The notes under the pieces are model-generated. The model worked only from the letters and a program-made list of their open reading frames with translations. It was not told the DNA's origin and did not search any database. From an uncultured Actinomycetes bacterium (GTDB lineage Bacteria > Chloroflexota > Dormibacteria > Aeolococcales > Aeolococcaceae): DNA of 64,000 nt. The stretch lies in contig CAZDTK010000002.1 in NCBI GenBank assembly GCA_964508345.1, positions 7,389 to 71,388 on the forward strand, written 5' to 3'. The translations under genes were made by a program, and so were the position numbers. Below, one piece after another: positions 28,657 through 37,624 of this stretch (its first letter is position 1; each line of letters begins with the position of its first letter).

Positions 28657-28954
28657 ACAACTCCAACGGGGCGGGGACCGGGGCGGTTACGCGGACGGGA
28701 TGCCACTCCACCGCGGGGGCCCGGGGCGGGGCCGGCGTGGCGACGGGCGGGGGAGGGGGGCATCGGCGGTAATGGTGCCACGACGGAGGGTCCTTCCACC
28801 GAACCGGCGGGGGGGGGACCCGGGCGGGGACCCGTCGCCCGATGGGCGGCCCTCGCTTGCGGCTGCGGACCAGCGGCTACCATGCGAGGAGCGGGAAAAC
28901 GCCGGAGGCCCAGGTCACGACCGCCGGCGGCTCCCGGCACTGAGGTGACCACGG
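28657..28954 (+). other. G-tract-rich divergent intergenic region (multiple G4-G9 runs on the + strand)
   Basis: GGGGCGGGGACCGGGGCGG, GGGCGGGGGAGGGGGG and GGCGGGGGGGGGACCCGGGCGGGG. Also an inverted repeat GGTCAC-N27-GTGACC just upstream of the 28955 start. Confidence 0.5.
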
Positions 28955-29302
28955 ATGGCCTCTGCGCCCCACCCCGAAGGCTCACCGCCGAGCCGGCTCG
29001 GCCTCGACAAGCCCATCTACACGATCAGCGTGGCGGCCGAGATCCTGGCCGTCCACCCCCGAACGCTGATGATGTACGAGCATCTGGGACTGGTGGCGCC
29101 CCACCGGACCCCGACCAATCGGCGCCGCTACAGCCAGCGCGACCTGATCACCCTCCAGGCGGTCCAGCGGCTCACCCGGGGGCACGGCCTCAACCTGAAC
29201 GCAGCCCGCCACGTCATCCGGCTCCTGCAGACCCTGGATGCCCACCGGGTCCCGCGACCTGACTTCGTCGCCGACGTGGACATCGCCCACGTCCGCATCT
29301 GA
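28955..29302 (+). CDS. MerR-family regulator, HspR-like (copy 1)
   Basis: 115 aa. LDKPIYTISVAAEILAVHPRTLMMYEHLGLVAPHRT...RRYSQRDL closely resembles the HspR N-terminal HTH (VYVISVAAQL..HPQTLRQYDRLGLVSP). Confidence 0.75.
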   Translation: MASAPHPEGSPPSRLGLDKPIYTISVAAEILAVHPRTLMMYEHLGLVAPHRTPTNRRRYSQRDLITLQAVQRLTRGHGLNLNAARHVIRLLQTLDAHRVPRPDFVADVDIAHVRI

Positions 29303-29471
29303 CTCGGGTCGCCGCCGACTGCGGCCACCGGGACATTCACCACAGCTATCGGATTGGGAGCGCATGGATCGGACGACTGCGCCCGGAGGGGTCCACGCAG
29401 CCCGGCTATACTGCCGGGGGCTTCCGGCGTGAGCGGAGGCGACCCCACCCGGAGGAGGGAAGGCGAAGGCG

Positions 29472-29858
29472 ATGGCGGACGAGGACGCGGTCATCGACGT
29501 CCTCCTCATCGAGGACGATCGGGACACCCTGGAGATGTACCGGACCAAGCTGGAACTGGACGGGTACAGGGTCCAGGTCGCCCTGGACGGGGTGGAGGGC
29601 CTGGAGCTGGCCAAGCGGCTGCTGCCGGACATCATCTTCCTGGACGTCCGTCTCCCCAAGAAGGACGGCTTCGAGGTCCTCCAGGAGCTCCGGCGCCACG
29701 GCCCCACCGCCGAGACCCCGGTGATCATCCTCAGCAACTTCGGGGAGAAGGACCTGGTCGACCGCGGTCTCAAGCTGGGAGCCCTGGAGTTTCTGGTCAA
29801 GGCCCAGACGTCGCCCCTGGCCCTCTCCGAAGGAATCAACGAGTGGCTGAAGGAGTAG
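29472..29858 (+). CDS. Single-domain response regulator (CheY-like receiver only)
   Basis: 128 aa. Acidic pocket IEDD, phospho-acceptor FLDVRLP (Asp), conserved T/S and K (LSNFGEKDLVDRGLKLGALEFLVKA). No output domain. Confidence 0.85.
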   Translation: MADEDAVIDVLLIEDDRDTLEMYRTKLELDGYRVQVALDGVEGLELAKRLLPDIIFLDVRLPKKDGFEVLQELRRHGPTAETPVIILSNFGEKDLVDRGLKLGALEFLVKAQTSPLALSEGINEWLKE

Positions 29859-30202
29859 CCGGGGGCAGACCCGGGAGTGGTCCGCTGCCCGGCTCGCCGG
29901 GCCTTGACAAGCCCATCTACACCATCAGCGTCGCCGCCGAGATCCTGGAGACGCACCCCCGCACCCTGATGATGTACGAGAACGTTGGCCTGGTCGTGCC
30001 TCAGCGCACATCGACCAATCGCCGGCGGTTCTCGCAGCGGGACATCTACAAGCTCCAGACCATCCAGACCCTCACCCGCGAGCACGGGGTCAACCTCACC
30101 GGCGTCCGCTACGTGCTGGCCCTGCTCAAGACGCTCCACGACCACGGCATCCCCCCTCCCGACAGCCTCAAGGACATCGATGTCGCGGCCCTGAAGATAT
30201 GA
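29843..30202 (+). CDS. MerR-family regulator, HspR-like (copy 2)
   Basis: Paralogue of 28955..29302 (LDKPIYTISVAAEILETHPRTLMMYENVGLVVPQRT...). No in-frame ATG. Proposed GTG at 29843 overlaps the REC gene 3' end by 16 nt. Confidence 0.65.
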   Translation: MAEGVAGGRPGSGPLPGSPGLDKPIYTISVAAEILETHPRTLMMYENVGLVVPQRTSTNRRRFSQRDIYKLQTIQTLTREHGVNLTGVRYVLALLKTLHDHGIPPPDSLKDIDVAALKI

Positions 30203-30248
30203 GCCCGCGCAGATGCGACGCTTGCCGGCCCCGGTCTGAGAAGCTCTG

Positions 30249-30686
30249 ATGATGGCCTCCCGGGACCCCTCCGCCTCCGCGGCCCCTTCGTCGCCGCCAC
30301 TCGTCGACCTGCTGCGGGCCATCCTGGACGATGCGCTGCGGGTCGCCCGGGCTGAGCTGAAGCTGGTCAAGGTGGAGGGCATCGCCACCGGCAAGCGCGG
30401 CGCCATCGGCGTGGGGCTGCTGGCCGCAGCCGCCGTTTCCGCCTTCCTCGTGGTCGTCTTTCTGCTGGGAGCCGCCGCCGAGGCGATCGGCGGGCTGCTC
30501 GGCCACCGCTGGCTGGGCTGGCTGATCATCGCCGGGCTGTGCGTGCTGATCGCGGTCGCCCTGGGCTGGCTCGGCTACCGCACGGTGAAGAGGGCAATCG
30601 CCGAAGGCCGCAGGGTCGGTGCCACCGTCATGGAGGACCTGGAGTGGGTCAGGGAGTTGCCGAAGCAGAGCGCGAACGGGAGCTGA
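30249..30686 (+). CDS. Putative actinobacterial Holin-X family (holin superfamily III-like) membrane protein
   Basis: 145 aa. Two TM helices flanking the LRVARAELKLVKVEGIATGKRGAIG pattern typical of this family. In actinobacteria it is usually a stress-membrane protein rather than a phage holin. Confidence 0.6.
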   Translation: MMASRDPSASAAPSSPPLVDLLRAILDDALRVARAELKLVKVEGIATGKRGAIGVGLLAAAAVSAFLVVVFLLGAAAEAIGGLLGHRWLGWLIIAGLCVLIAVALGWLGYRTVKRAIAEGRRVGATVMEDLEWVRELPKQSANGS

Positions 30687-31087
30687 GCAAGCAGGCGCTT
30701 GCCGCTCACGTGACGGCTCTGGACGCCCGGGTTCGGGCAGAGCTCGACTGGAGGGCACGGCTCCGGCGCGACGGGCTGCGCTACGCCATCATCGGCGTCG
30801 CGGCGCTGGCCGTCACCGTGTCGGTGGTGGTGCTCCGGTCACGGCGCCGTCGCCCAGAGCCGGCGCCGCTCACGGTGACGTCGCTCGACGACATCGCGGC
30901 CCAGCTCGAGGAGATCAGGGACGAGCTGGCCCGCCGCCGCAAGCAGAGCGAGCCCCTCTGGCAGAGGCTGGCGGTGCGAGCCGCCACCACCGCCGCAGCA
31001 GCCGGCGGGAACGCCGTCGCCCGCAGGGTGATGGAATCCTTCGGCGCCGGCGTCCCGGGCCCCGGCGAGGAGTCGGGCGGCGGCTGA
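30644..31087 (+). CDS. Hypothetical membrane-anchored coiled-coil protein (DUF3618-like)
   Basis: GTG start with GGAGGA 7 nt upstream. Overlaps the previous gene by about 40 nt. Coiled-coil, one TM, then a second coiled-coil. Confidence 0.45.
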   Translation: MGQGVAEAERERELSKQALAAHVTALDARVRAELDWRARLRRDGLRYAIIGVAALAVTVSVVVLRSRRRRPEPAPLTVTSLDDIAAQLEEIRDELARRRKQSEPLWQRLAVRAATTAAAAGGNAVARRVMESFGAGVPGPGEESGGG

Positions 31088-31142
31088 GCAGCGCACGCCT
31101 GGCTGACCGGGAGCCCACCGCGGGGCGGGGACGCGGCAGTGG

Positions 31143-31304
31143 TCAGTCGGCGGCGATGGCCCCCGGGCAGCGGGGGAAGTCGGGGCACATCCAGACCGTG
31201 GAGCCGCGCCGCTCCATCGGCTTCTCGCAGATCGGGCAGACGGGCCGGAGAGCGGCTGCGGGACGCGGCTTGGGCCGCTTGCCGCCGAGGGGCAGGAGGC
31301 GCAT
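31143..31304 (-). CDS. Small C4 zinc-finger protein (topoisomerase-type zinc ribbon)
   Basis: About 53 aa from MRLLPLGGK. Motif CPICEKPM...VWMCPDFPRCPG. Confidence 0.45.
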   Translation of the reverse strand: MRLLPLGGKRPKPRPAAALRPVCPICEKPMERRGSTVWMCPDFPRCPGAIAAD

Positions 31305-31590
31305 CAGGCGTCCTTCATACACCCGCCGGAGGGCGGTGTGGGCCCGACGGCGGGCCGGCGACCCGGCCGGAACCCCGGCTCGCCCGCCAGTTCGGGAGAG
31401 CCGCCCCGGGACGGGATTGCGACGGGGAGGAGGATGATGGCCGGCGCCATGCGATGACGCTAGGCGCCCGGACCTTGCCGGCGGGTGACCGATTCTCACC
31501 GCCGGGCCTCAGGCTGAAGAAGGTAACGCTCTTGTAAGGTTCGGCTGGTCAGCATCCTACCGATCTAGTCAGGGCCGACTGGGAGATTTC

Positions 31591-32700
31591 TTGTCCGCGA
31601 AGTCCGCGGCCGAAGTGGTCTGGCGCGGGCGCGAGGGTGCGCCTGCCGATGACCGGCCGGCCCACCCCGCCATCACGACATCGTCCGCCCAGGCGCAGCG
31701 GGGGGCGCGGCATCAGTGGTTGACGCGAAGGCGCGTCCTCCTGGCCGGTCTCCAGCTGGTGGTCCTTCTGATCTGCGCCGCGGTGATCTACGGCCTGGTC
31801 CGCAAGGTGGATCCGGCGTCGGTCATCAGCCAGGCGGGTCATGTCTCCTGGCCCCTGGTGGGGGTGGCGATCGCCCTCAACCTCCCCACCACGCTGCTGC
31901 GCGCCCGCCGCTCCCAGATCCTCCTCACCCGCCTCGGTCACCACGTCCCCTTCGTGCGCATGAACTGGGTGGATCTGGCCGGACAGACGCTCAGCTGGCT
32001 CACCCCGGCCGCCAGCGGGGACCTCTCCCGCCCCTATCTCTGGCGGAACAATGACCGGGTCCCGGTCAGCGCCGGGGTGGCGACGGTCGTCTACGAGCGT
32101 CTGGTGACGCTGGTCCAGATGTCGGTGATCGGCGGGGTTCTCGCTGCCGCCCTCTTCCTCCCGCCCCTGGCGGCCGCCGGACTGGCGGTCGCCGGCCTCC
32201 TGGTCCTTGCCCTGCCCTGGTGGGCGAGCGTGCTCACCCGCGGGACCCGCCCGGAGACGCTGCCCACGACGCGGGGGCTCCGCGCCGGGGTGGTGCGGGC
32301 CCTCTTCCAGCTCCACGACCTGGGGGCCTCGCCACGGCTCACCGCCGGCTTCGCCGGCTACACGCTGGTGATCTTCGCGGTGAGCGGCTTCCAGATCCTG
32401 CTGCTCGCCTGGGCGCTTGGGGTCGGCGTCGCGCTGACCGTGGCCATCGCGGCCTACTGCCTCTCCCAGGTGGCCGGCAGCCTCTCGACGCTGCCCTTCG
32501 GCATCGGGGCGACGGATCTGGTCACGATCGGACTCCTCACCGCCGGCGGTGTCGGCCATCCCGCCGCCCTGGTCATCACCGTCCTGGTGCGGCTGGTCAT
32601 GACCCTCCCCTTGGGGATCGCAGGCGCGGTCGGCATCCTGCTTCTGGGCCGTCCCCGGATCGCCGAGGAGCAGGCACCCGGGGTGCCGGCACAGCCGTGA
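31591..32700 (+). CDS. Flippase-like membrane protein (lysylphosphatidylglycerol-synthase TM-region / UPF0104 family)
   Basis: 369 aa, about 8 TM helices. First gene of a tightly overlapped four-gene operon. Confidence 0.65.
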   Translation: MSAKSAAEVVWRGREGAPADDRPAHPAITTSSAQAQRGARHQWLTRRRVLLAGLQLVVLLICAAVIYGLVRKVDPASVISQAGHVSWPLVGVAIALNLPTTLLRARRSQILLTRLGHHVPFVRMNWVDLAGQTLSWLTPAASGDLSRPYLWRNNDRVPVSAGVATVVYERLVTLVQMSVIGGVLAAALFLPPLAAAGLAVAGLLVLALPWWASVLTRGTRPETLPTTRGLRAGVVRALFQLHDLGASPRLTAGFAGYTLVIFAVSGFQILLLAWALGVGVALTVAIAAYCLSQVAGSLSTLPFGIGATDLVTIGLLTAGGVGHPAALVITVLVRLVMTLPLGIAGAVGILLLGRPRIAEEQAPGVPAQP

Positions 32701-33722
32701 CCGCTGAGGAGACCGGGCCCGCAGCCACGCGCGGCGGGCCGGGGACGGGGTCCCCACCCTCCCGGGTCGCCGTGGTCGGGGGCGCCGGGTTCATCGGCAG
32801 CCATCTGGTCGAGCTGCTCGCCGCAGATGGGGTCGCGGTCCTCGTCATCGACGACCTCTCCCACCCCTGTGGAGCGCCCCTCCCGGCCTCGGTCGAGCTG
32901 GTCGAGGCCGACGCCGGGGGGGGCGAGGCCGCCGAGGCCCTGGCCGGGTTCCGTCCCCAGGCCTTGGTCCACCTCGCCGCCAAGGGAGGGGTCAACCGCG
33001 CCCTGCGCGACCCCGGTGACCACATCCGCCGCGTCCTGGCCAGTTCGGTGGCCTGTTTCGACGCGGCGGCACGAGCCGGCTGCGAGGCGCTCCTCATCGC
33101 CTCCTCGGGGGGCGCCGTCTACGGTGACCCCGCCCATCTGCCCGCCTCCGAGGAGCTGACCCCAGCGCCCCGGTCCGCCTACGGGGCGGAGAAGCTGTGC
33201 GAGGAGACCTACCTCTGGACCTACCGGCAGCGGGGCGTGCGCACCGTCGCCCTCCGCTACGGGAACGTCTACGGCCCCCGCCAGGACGGCACCGGCGAGG
33301 CCGGGGTGGTCGCCATCTCCTCGACCCGGCTGGCGCAGGGGCTTCGGCCGGTCATCTACGGGGATGGCTCGCAGACCCGTGACTTCGTCTATGTCGCCGA
33401 CGTGGCCGCCGCCACCCGGGCGGCGCTCCGCAGCGACCTGGACGGACCGGTCAACATCGGGACCGGGCGCGAGACGAGCGTCTCGCAGATCGTCGAGGGG
33501 CTGATCGCGGCGGCGGGGGGCGGAATCACCGCCGAGTTCCAGCCGGCTCGCCCCGGGGAGGTGGCCCGCGCCTGCCTCGACGCGCGGCGCGCCGAGCGTT
33601 TGCTCGGTTGGAAGCCGCAAACTTCACTCGCCGAGGGCCTCGCCCTGGCCCACCGGTACTTCAAGAGCCAGATCGCACGGACAGCTGCGGCCGGGGATCG
33701 CCCGGCTCACAAGGGGAGATAG
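32697..33722 (+). CDS. NAD-dependent epimerase/dehydratase (UDP-sugar 4-epimerase-like SDR)
   Basis: Rossmann motif VVGGAGFIGSHL. Catalytic YGAEK (YxxxK). GTGA start/stop overlap with the upstream gene. A later GTG start is possible. Confidence 0.8.
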   Translation: MTAEETGPAATRGGPGTGSPPSRVAVVGGAGFIGSHLVELLAADGVAVLVIDDLSHPCGAPLPASVELVEADAGGGEAAEALAGFRPQALVHLAAKGGVNRALRDPGDHIRRVLASSVACFDAAARAGCEALLIASSGGAVYGDPAHLPASEELTPAPRSAYGAEKLCEETYLWTYRQRGVRTVALRYGNVYGPRQDGTGEAGVVAISSTRLAQGLRPVIYGDGSQTRDFVYVADVAAATRAALRSDLDGPVNIGTGRETSVSQIVEGLIAAAGGGITAEFQPARPGEVARACLDARRAERLLGWKPQTSLAEGLALAHRYFKSQIARTAAAGDRPAHKGR

Positions 33723-33725
33723 CAA

Positions 33726-34939
33726 TGCGCATCGCGGTCCTCGGGGCCGACGGCTACTTGGGATGGCCGACCGCCCTTCACCTCTCCGCCCGCGGCCACG
33801 ACGTCATCGGTGCAGACAGCCTGGTGCGGCGGCGCTGGGACGAAGAATGCGGTACCGACAGCCTGACCCCGATCGCGTCGATCGAGGAGCGGCTGGCCCG
33901 CTGGCAGGCGGTGAGCGGCAGGACTATCGCCTGGCACCAGATCGATCTCTGCGATGCCCGGGCCGTCGAGGACCTGATCCGGGTGAGCCAGCCGGACGCC
34001 GTCGTCCACTTCGCCGAGCAGCGCTCGGCTCCCTACTCGATGATCAGCCCGCGGCACGGCGTGGAGACCCAGATCAACAACGTGGCGGGCACCCTCAACC
34101 TCCTCTTCGCGATCCGCGACCTGGCCCCGAACTGCCACATCATCAAGCTGGGGACGATGGGCGAGTACGGGACGCCCAACATCGACATCGAGGAGGGGTG
34201 GCTCGAGGTCGAGCACAACGGCCGCCACGACCGGATGCTCTACCCCAAGCAGCCGGGATCCATCTATCACCTCTCCAAGGTCCACGACAGCCACAACCTG
34301 GATTTCGGCTGCCGCGTCTGGGATCTGCGGGTCACCGACCTCAACCAGGGCGTGGTCTACGGGACCACCACCGACGAGACGGCTCAGCACCCCCAGCTGA
34401 TCACCCGCTTCGACTACGACGGGATCTGGGGCACGGTGCTCAATCGCTACTGCGTCGAGGCGGCGGTCGGCGAGCCGCTCACCGTCTACGGGAAGGGCGG
34501 CCAGACCCGCGGCTTCCTGGACATCCGCGATACGGTGCGCTGCATCGAGCTGGCCGCTCTCAACCCGGCGGCGCCCGGGGAGTTCCGGGTCTTCAACCAG
34601 TTCACCGAGCAGTTCTCGGTCCTGGAGCTCGCCCGGAAGGTGGAGCACGCCCGCGCCGCGCACGGCCTGCCCACCACCATCCAGCACGTCCCCAACCCGC
34701 GCCGGGAGAAGGAGGATCACTACTACAACGCCAAGCACCAGCACCTCCTCGACCTCGGCCTCGAGCCTCACAACCTCAGCGACACCCTCATCGACACCGT
34801 GGTGGGGACCGTCGAGGCCAACGTCTCCCGGGTCCGGCACGAGACCATCGAGGCGACCATCGACTGGCGCAAGGGCGGTGCCGTCTACTCCACCGGGCAT
34901 GCGCCGGCGCTGACGGCGCTCACCGGCAGCGGTGGCTAG
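33726..34939 (+). CDS. sqdB: UDP-sulfoquinovose synthase
   Basis: 404 aa. Near co-linear with SQD1/SqdB: GADGYLGWPTALHLS, SLTPIASIEERL, HFAEQRSAPYSMI, KLGTMGEYGTPNIDIEEGW, YPKQPGSIYHLSKVHDSHN, TDLNQGVVYG, GKGGQTRGFLDIRDTV, FRVFNQFTEQFSV, HYYNAKH. Confidence 0.9.
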
Positions 34940-35699
34940 TCATCCCCCGCTGAGCAGCCTCACCCTGGTCCTCCCGGTCCACAACGAGGCCGAGAACCTG
35001 AGCTGGCTGCTTCCTCACGCTGCCCAGGTGCTGCCCGGCCTGGCGGTCACGTACGACCTGGTGATCGTCGACGATGGCAGCACCGACGGCAGCGGCAGGC
35101 TGGCCACCAGCCTCGCCGGAGAGCTGGGGATGCGCCTCCAGGTGGTCCGCCACGAGCAGAAGAGCGGCTACGGGATCACGGTGGGGGACGGCCTGCGGGT
35201 CGCTCGCGGCGACTTCGTCGCCTTCACCGACGCCGACGGCCAGTTCGAGATCGCCGACCTCGCCCTGCTTCTGCCCCTCCTGGACCGGGCTGACCTCGCC
35301 GCCGGCTGGCGGGAGAAGCGGCGCGACGCCTGGCCCCGGGAGGTGGTCAGCTGGGTGTTCAACACCCTGGTGGCCGTCCTCTACCGCCTCCCGTACCGGG
35401 ACGTAGACTGCGCGCTCAAGCTGATGCGCCGCGAGGTCCTCGAGTCGATCACCCTGGAGGCTCGAAGCGCCCTGATCAACGCGGAGCTGTATTACAAGGC
35501 CCGCTACGCGGGCTGGCGCATCGCCCAGGTCGCCGTCCCCCACCACCCGCGGGTGGCCGGCCGGCGTTCGGGGGCCCGGCCCCGGGCCATCGCCCGTGCC
35601 ATCAAGGAGCTGATCGTCTTCCGGTTCAAGATCCGGCGGTCGCTGCCGTCCCGGCACGCGGCCGGGGTCGCCCACCCCGAGCCCGCCGACCAGGGCTGA
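34932..35699 (+). CDS. GT2 glycosyltransferase, dolichyl/polyprenyl-phosphate sugar transferase-like (DPM1/GtrB type)
   Basis: 255 aa. LTLVLPVHNEAENL, VIVDDGSTDGS, DADGQF (DXD). Overlaps the sqdB stop by 8 nt. Confidence 0.8.
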   Translation: MASHPPLSSLTLVLPVHNEAENLSWLLPHAAQVLPGLAVTYDLVIVDDGSTDGSGRLATSLAGELGMRLQVVRHEQKSGYGITVGDGLRVARGDFVAFTDADGQFEIADLALLLPLLDRADLAAGWREKRRDAWPREVVSWVFNTLVAVLYRLPYRDVDCALKLMRREVLESITLEARSALINAELYYKARYAGWRIAQVAVPHHPRVAGRRSGARPRAIARAIKELIVFRFKIRRSLPSRHAAGVAHPEPADQG

Positions 35700-35730
35700 C
35701 CGGGGCCCGGAAGGGTATTCGAGCTCCCGG

Positions 35731-36999
35731 TCAGTTCAGGCTGGCACTCAGCAGGGTGGGCTCCGCCCCGTCGGCCTCGGCGGCCTCGTCGAAGGACTCC
35801 TTCGGAGAGTCCCCGTACCAGAGCGTGCCATTGGGCCCCCCCGTCCCGGTCGTGACCCGCTCCCCGGCAGCCGTGGCGACGACCTGCAGGTCTCCCGCCA
35901 TCTCCGCCTGGCCACCGGCGGCGACCGCGATCTGCTGGGCGGTGGCCGAGACCTGACGGCTGGCCACGCTCACCTGCTCCATCGCCTCCACCACCTGTTC
36001 CGAGGCGGAGCGCTGCTGCTGGGTCGCGAGCCGCACGTTCGAGCTGGCCTCGGCCACCTGCTCCATCAGCCCGAGGCCGATCTGGAGCTGGGCGGCGCCC
36101 TCCTCCATGGCGATGACCGTGGCACTCGTCTCGGACTCGGCGTTCTCGGTGATCGTGGAGATGTCGGCCGCCAGCGCCTTGGAGCGGTCGGCGAGGCGCC
36201 GGACCTCGTCGGCCACCACCGCGAAGCCGCGGCCGGCCTCACCGGCGCGGGCGGCCTCGATGGCGGCGTTCAGGGCGAGCAGGTTGGTCTGGTCCGCGAT
36301 GTCGTTGATGAGGTTGAGGATGCGGCCGATATCGCGGACCCGGTCGGTGAGGGCCACGGTGCGCTGCCCGGAGGTGAGGATGCGCTCGTGGGCTCGGTCC
36401 AGGTTGTCCCGGGTCTCGGCGGCCTGGGTGGCCACCCGCTCGACGGTCTCGGCGATGTGGGCCGAGGTCCGGGCCAGCTCCTCCATGCTCGCCGAGGTCT
36501 CCACGGCGGCCGAGGTCTGCTGGGCGGTGGTGGAGACCAGCTGGGTGGAGGCCTCGGAGAGGCGGGCCGCAGAGGCGGCCAGCTCGCCGCTCACGTCCCG
36601 GACGCGCTCGACCATGCCCCCGAGCCGGTCGACCATGAGGTTGGACGCGATCCCCAGCTCGCGCAGCTCGGCGGCACCCCCCGGCGTGACCCGGGCGGTG
36701 ACGTCCCCGGCGGCGACCCGGCGGGCCAGCTGCCCCAGCGCGTTGATGTGCTCGGTCTCGCGGCTGGCGACCAGGGCGGCACCGGCCCCGAGGAGGACCA
36801 CGCCGGCCAGCCCGAGCAGGAGGGCCGCGGTGCGAACCTCGGCGACCGCGCCGGAGGGCAGGCCGCTGCCCGAGGTGACGGCGACCAGCACCACGATGAG
36901 GAGGCCCATCACGACGACGCCCGAGACGACGACCCCCGCGACGACCCGGACGAGGAACCGATCCAGCATCCTTCGCGCGGTAGCTCCAAGGTTGACCAT
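35731..36999 (-). CDS. Methyl-accepting chemotaxis protein (short-sensor paralogue)
   Basis: Two TM helices with a very short periplasmic loop, HAMP, and a signalling domain about 90% identical to the MCP at 13176..15269. ATG start with GGAGG 6 nt upstream. Confidence 0.8.
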   Translation of the reverse strand: MVNLGATARRMLDRFLVRVVAGVVVSGVVVMGLLIVVLVAVTSGSGLPSGAVAEVRTAALLLGLAGVVLLGAGAALVASRETEHINALGQLARRVAAGDVTARVTPGGAAELRELGIASNLMVDRLGGMVERVRDVSGELAASAARLSEASTQLVSTTAQQTSAAVETSASMEELARTSAHIAETVERVATQAAETRDNLDRAHERILTSGQRTVALTDRVRDIGRILNLINDIADQTNLLALNAAIEAARAGEAGRGFAVVADEVRRLADRSKALAADISTITENAESETSATVIAMEEGAAQLQIGLGLMEQVAEASSNVRLATQQQRSASEQVVEAMEQVSVASRQVSATAQQIAVAAGGQAEMAGDLQVVATAAGERVTTGTGGPNGTLWYGDSPKESFDEAAEADGAEPTLLSASLN

Positions 37000-37216
37000 G
37001 ACGGCCTCCATCCGTGCCACGCCCGGTCGGTGCGGCTTCCGGTTCGGCTCTCAGATGTAGCACCGCGGGGAGGGCCGGGGACGTGAGGTTTGCGTGACGT
37101 CCTGCTCACAGTCCGGCACGGAGAGATCCACCGGCACCGGGTCCGGCCCTCATGCGGCACGCTGGCCGCGGCCGGGTCAGGGCCGGCCAGGGGGGCGAAT
37201 GCCCGGGGAGACGATC

Positions 37217-37549
37217 TCAGCGACGGGCGAGCAGCTCCGTCAACGGCCCGGCATGGCCGGCGAGAATCTCGTGAAGCTCGAGGAGCTCGTCGCCCGAGAT
37301 CGGCGCGGCGGTCGGGGTGCCACCCTCGTCCAGGTCGGCGCGGGCGGGAAGCGTCTCGGAGGCCTCCACCTCGGTCTGGAAGATGATCTGGAGCAGGTTC
37401 TCGTCGTTGCAGGAGCGGCAGGTGACCCGGACCAGGGCCCGGTTGCCCTCCTGGGCGAGCACGTTGATGCCGCACTCCGCCATGCTCTCCCCGCACTGGA
37501 CGCAGCGGTACCGGCGCGCCTGGGAGCGGAGCAGCTGGACGAGATCCAC
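37217..37549 (-). CDS. Hypothetical zinc-ribbon protein
   Basis: 110 aa. CVQCG...C...CRSC arrangement. Located downstream of the GGDEF/EAL gene. Confidence 0.35.
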   Translation of the reverse strand: MDLVQLLRSQARRYRCVQCGESMAECGINVLAQEGNRALVRVTCRSCNDENLLQIIFQTEVEASETLPARADLDEGGTPTAAPISGDELLELHEILAGHAGPLTELLARR

Positions 37550-37624
37550 CGCTCAAGTATAGGCAGCCTGCGACCAAGGCCAAGGCGGGACAACGCCCCA
37601 GATCTCTCGATCGGAGCAGCCCGG

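Noticed and set aside
30249-30686. A holin annotation as evidence of a prophage
   Set aside because: No integrase, endolysin, terminase or structural genes in the neighbourhood. The Holin-X family in actinobacteria is mostly chromosomal stress-membrane proteins.
33608-33725. Upstream extension of the sqdB ORF to 33608 (443 aa)
   Set aside because: The extension is antisense-like and overlaps the epimerase gene's 3' end. Homology to SQD1 begins at the ATG at 33726, which has a GGGGAG SD.
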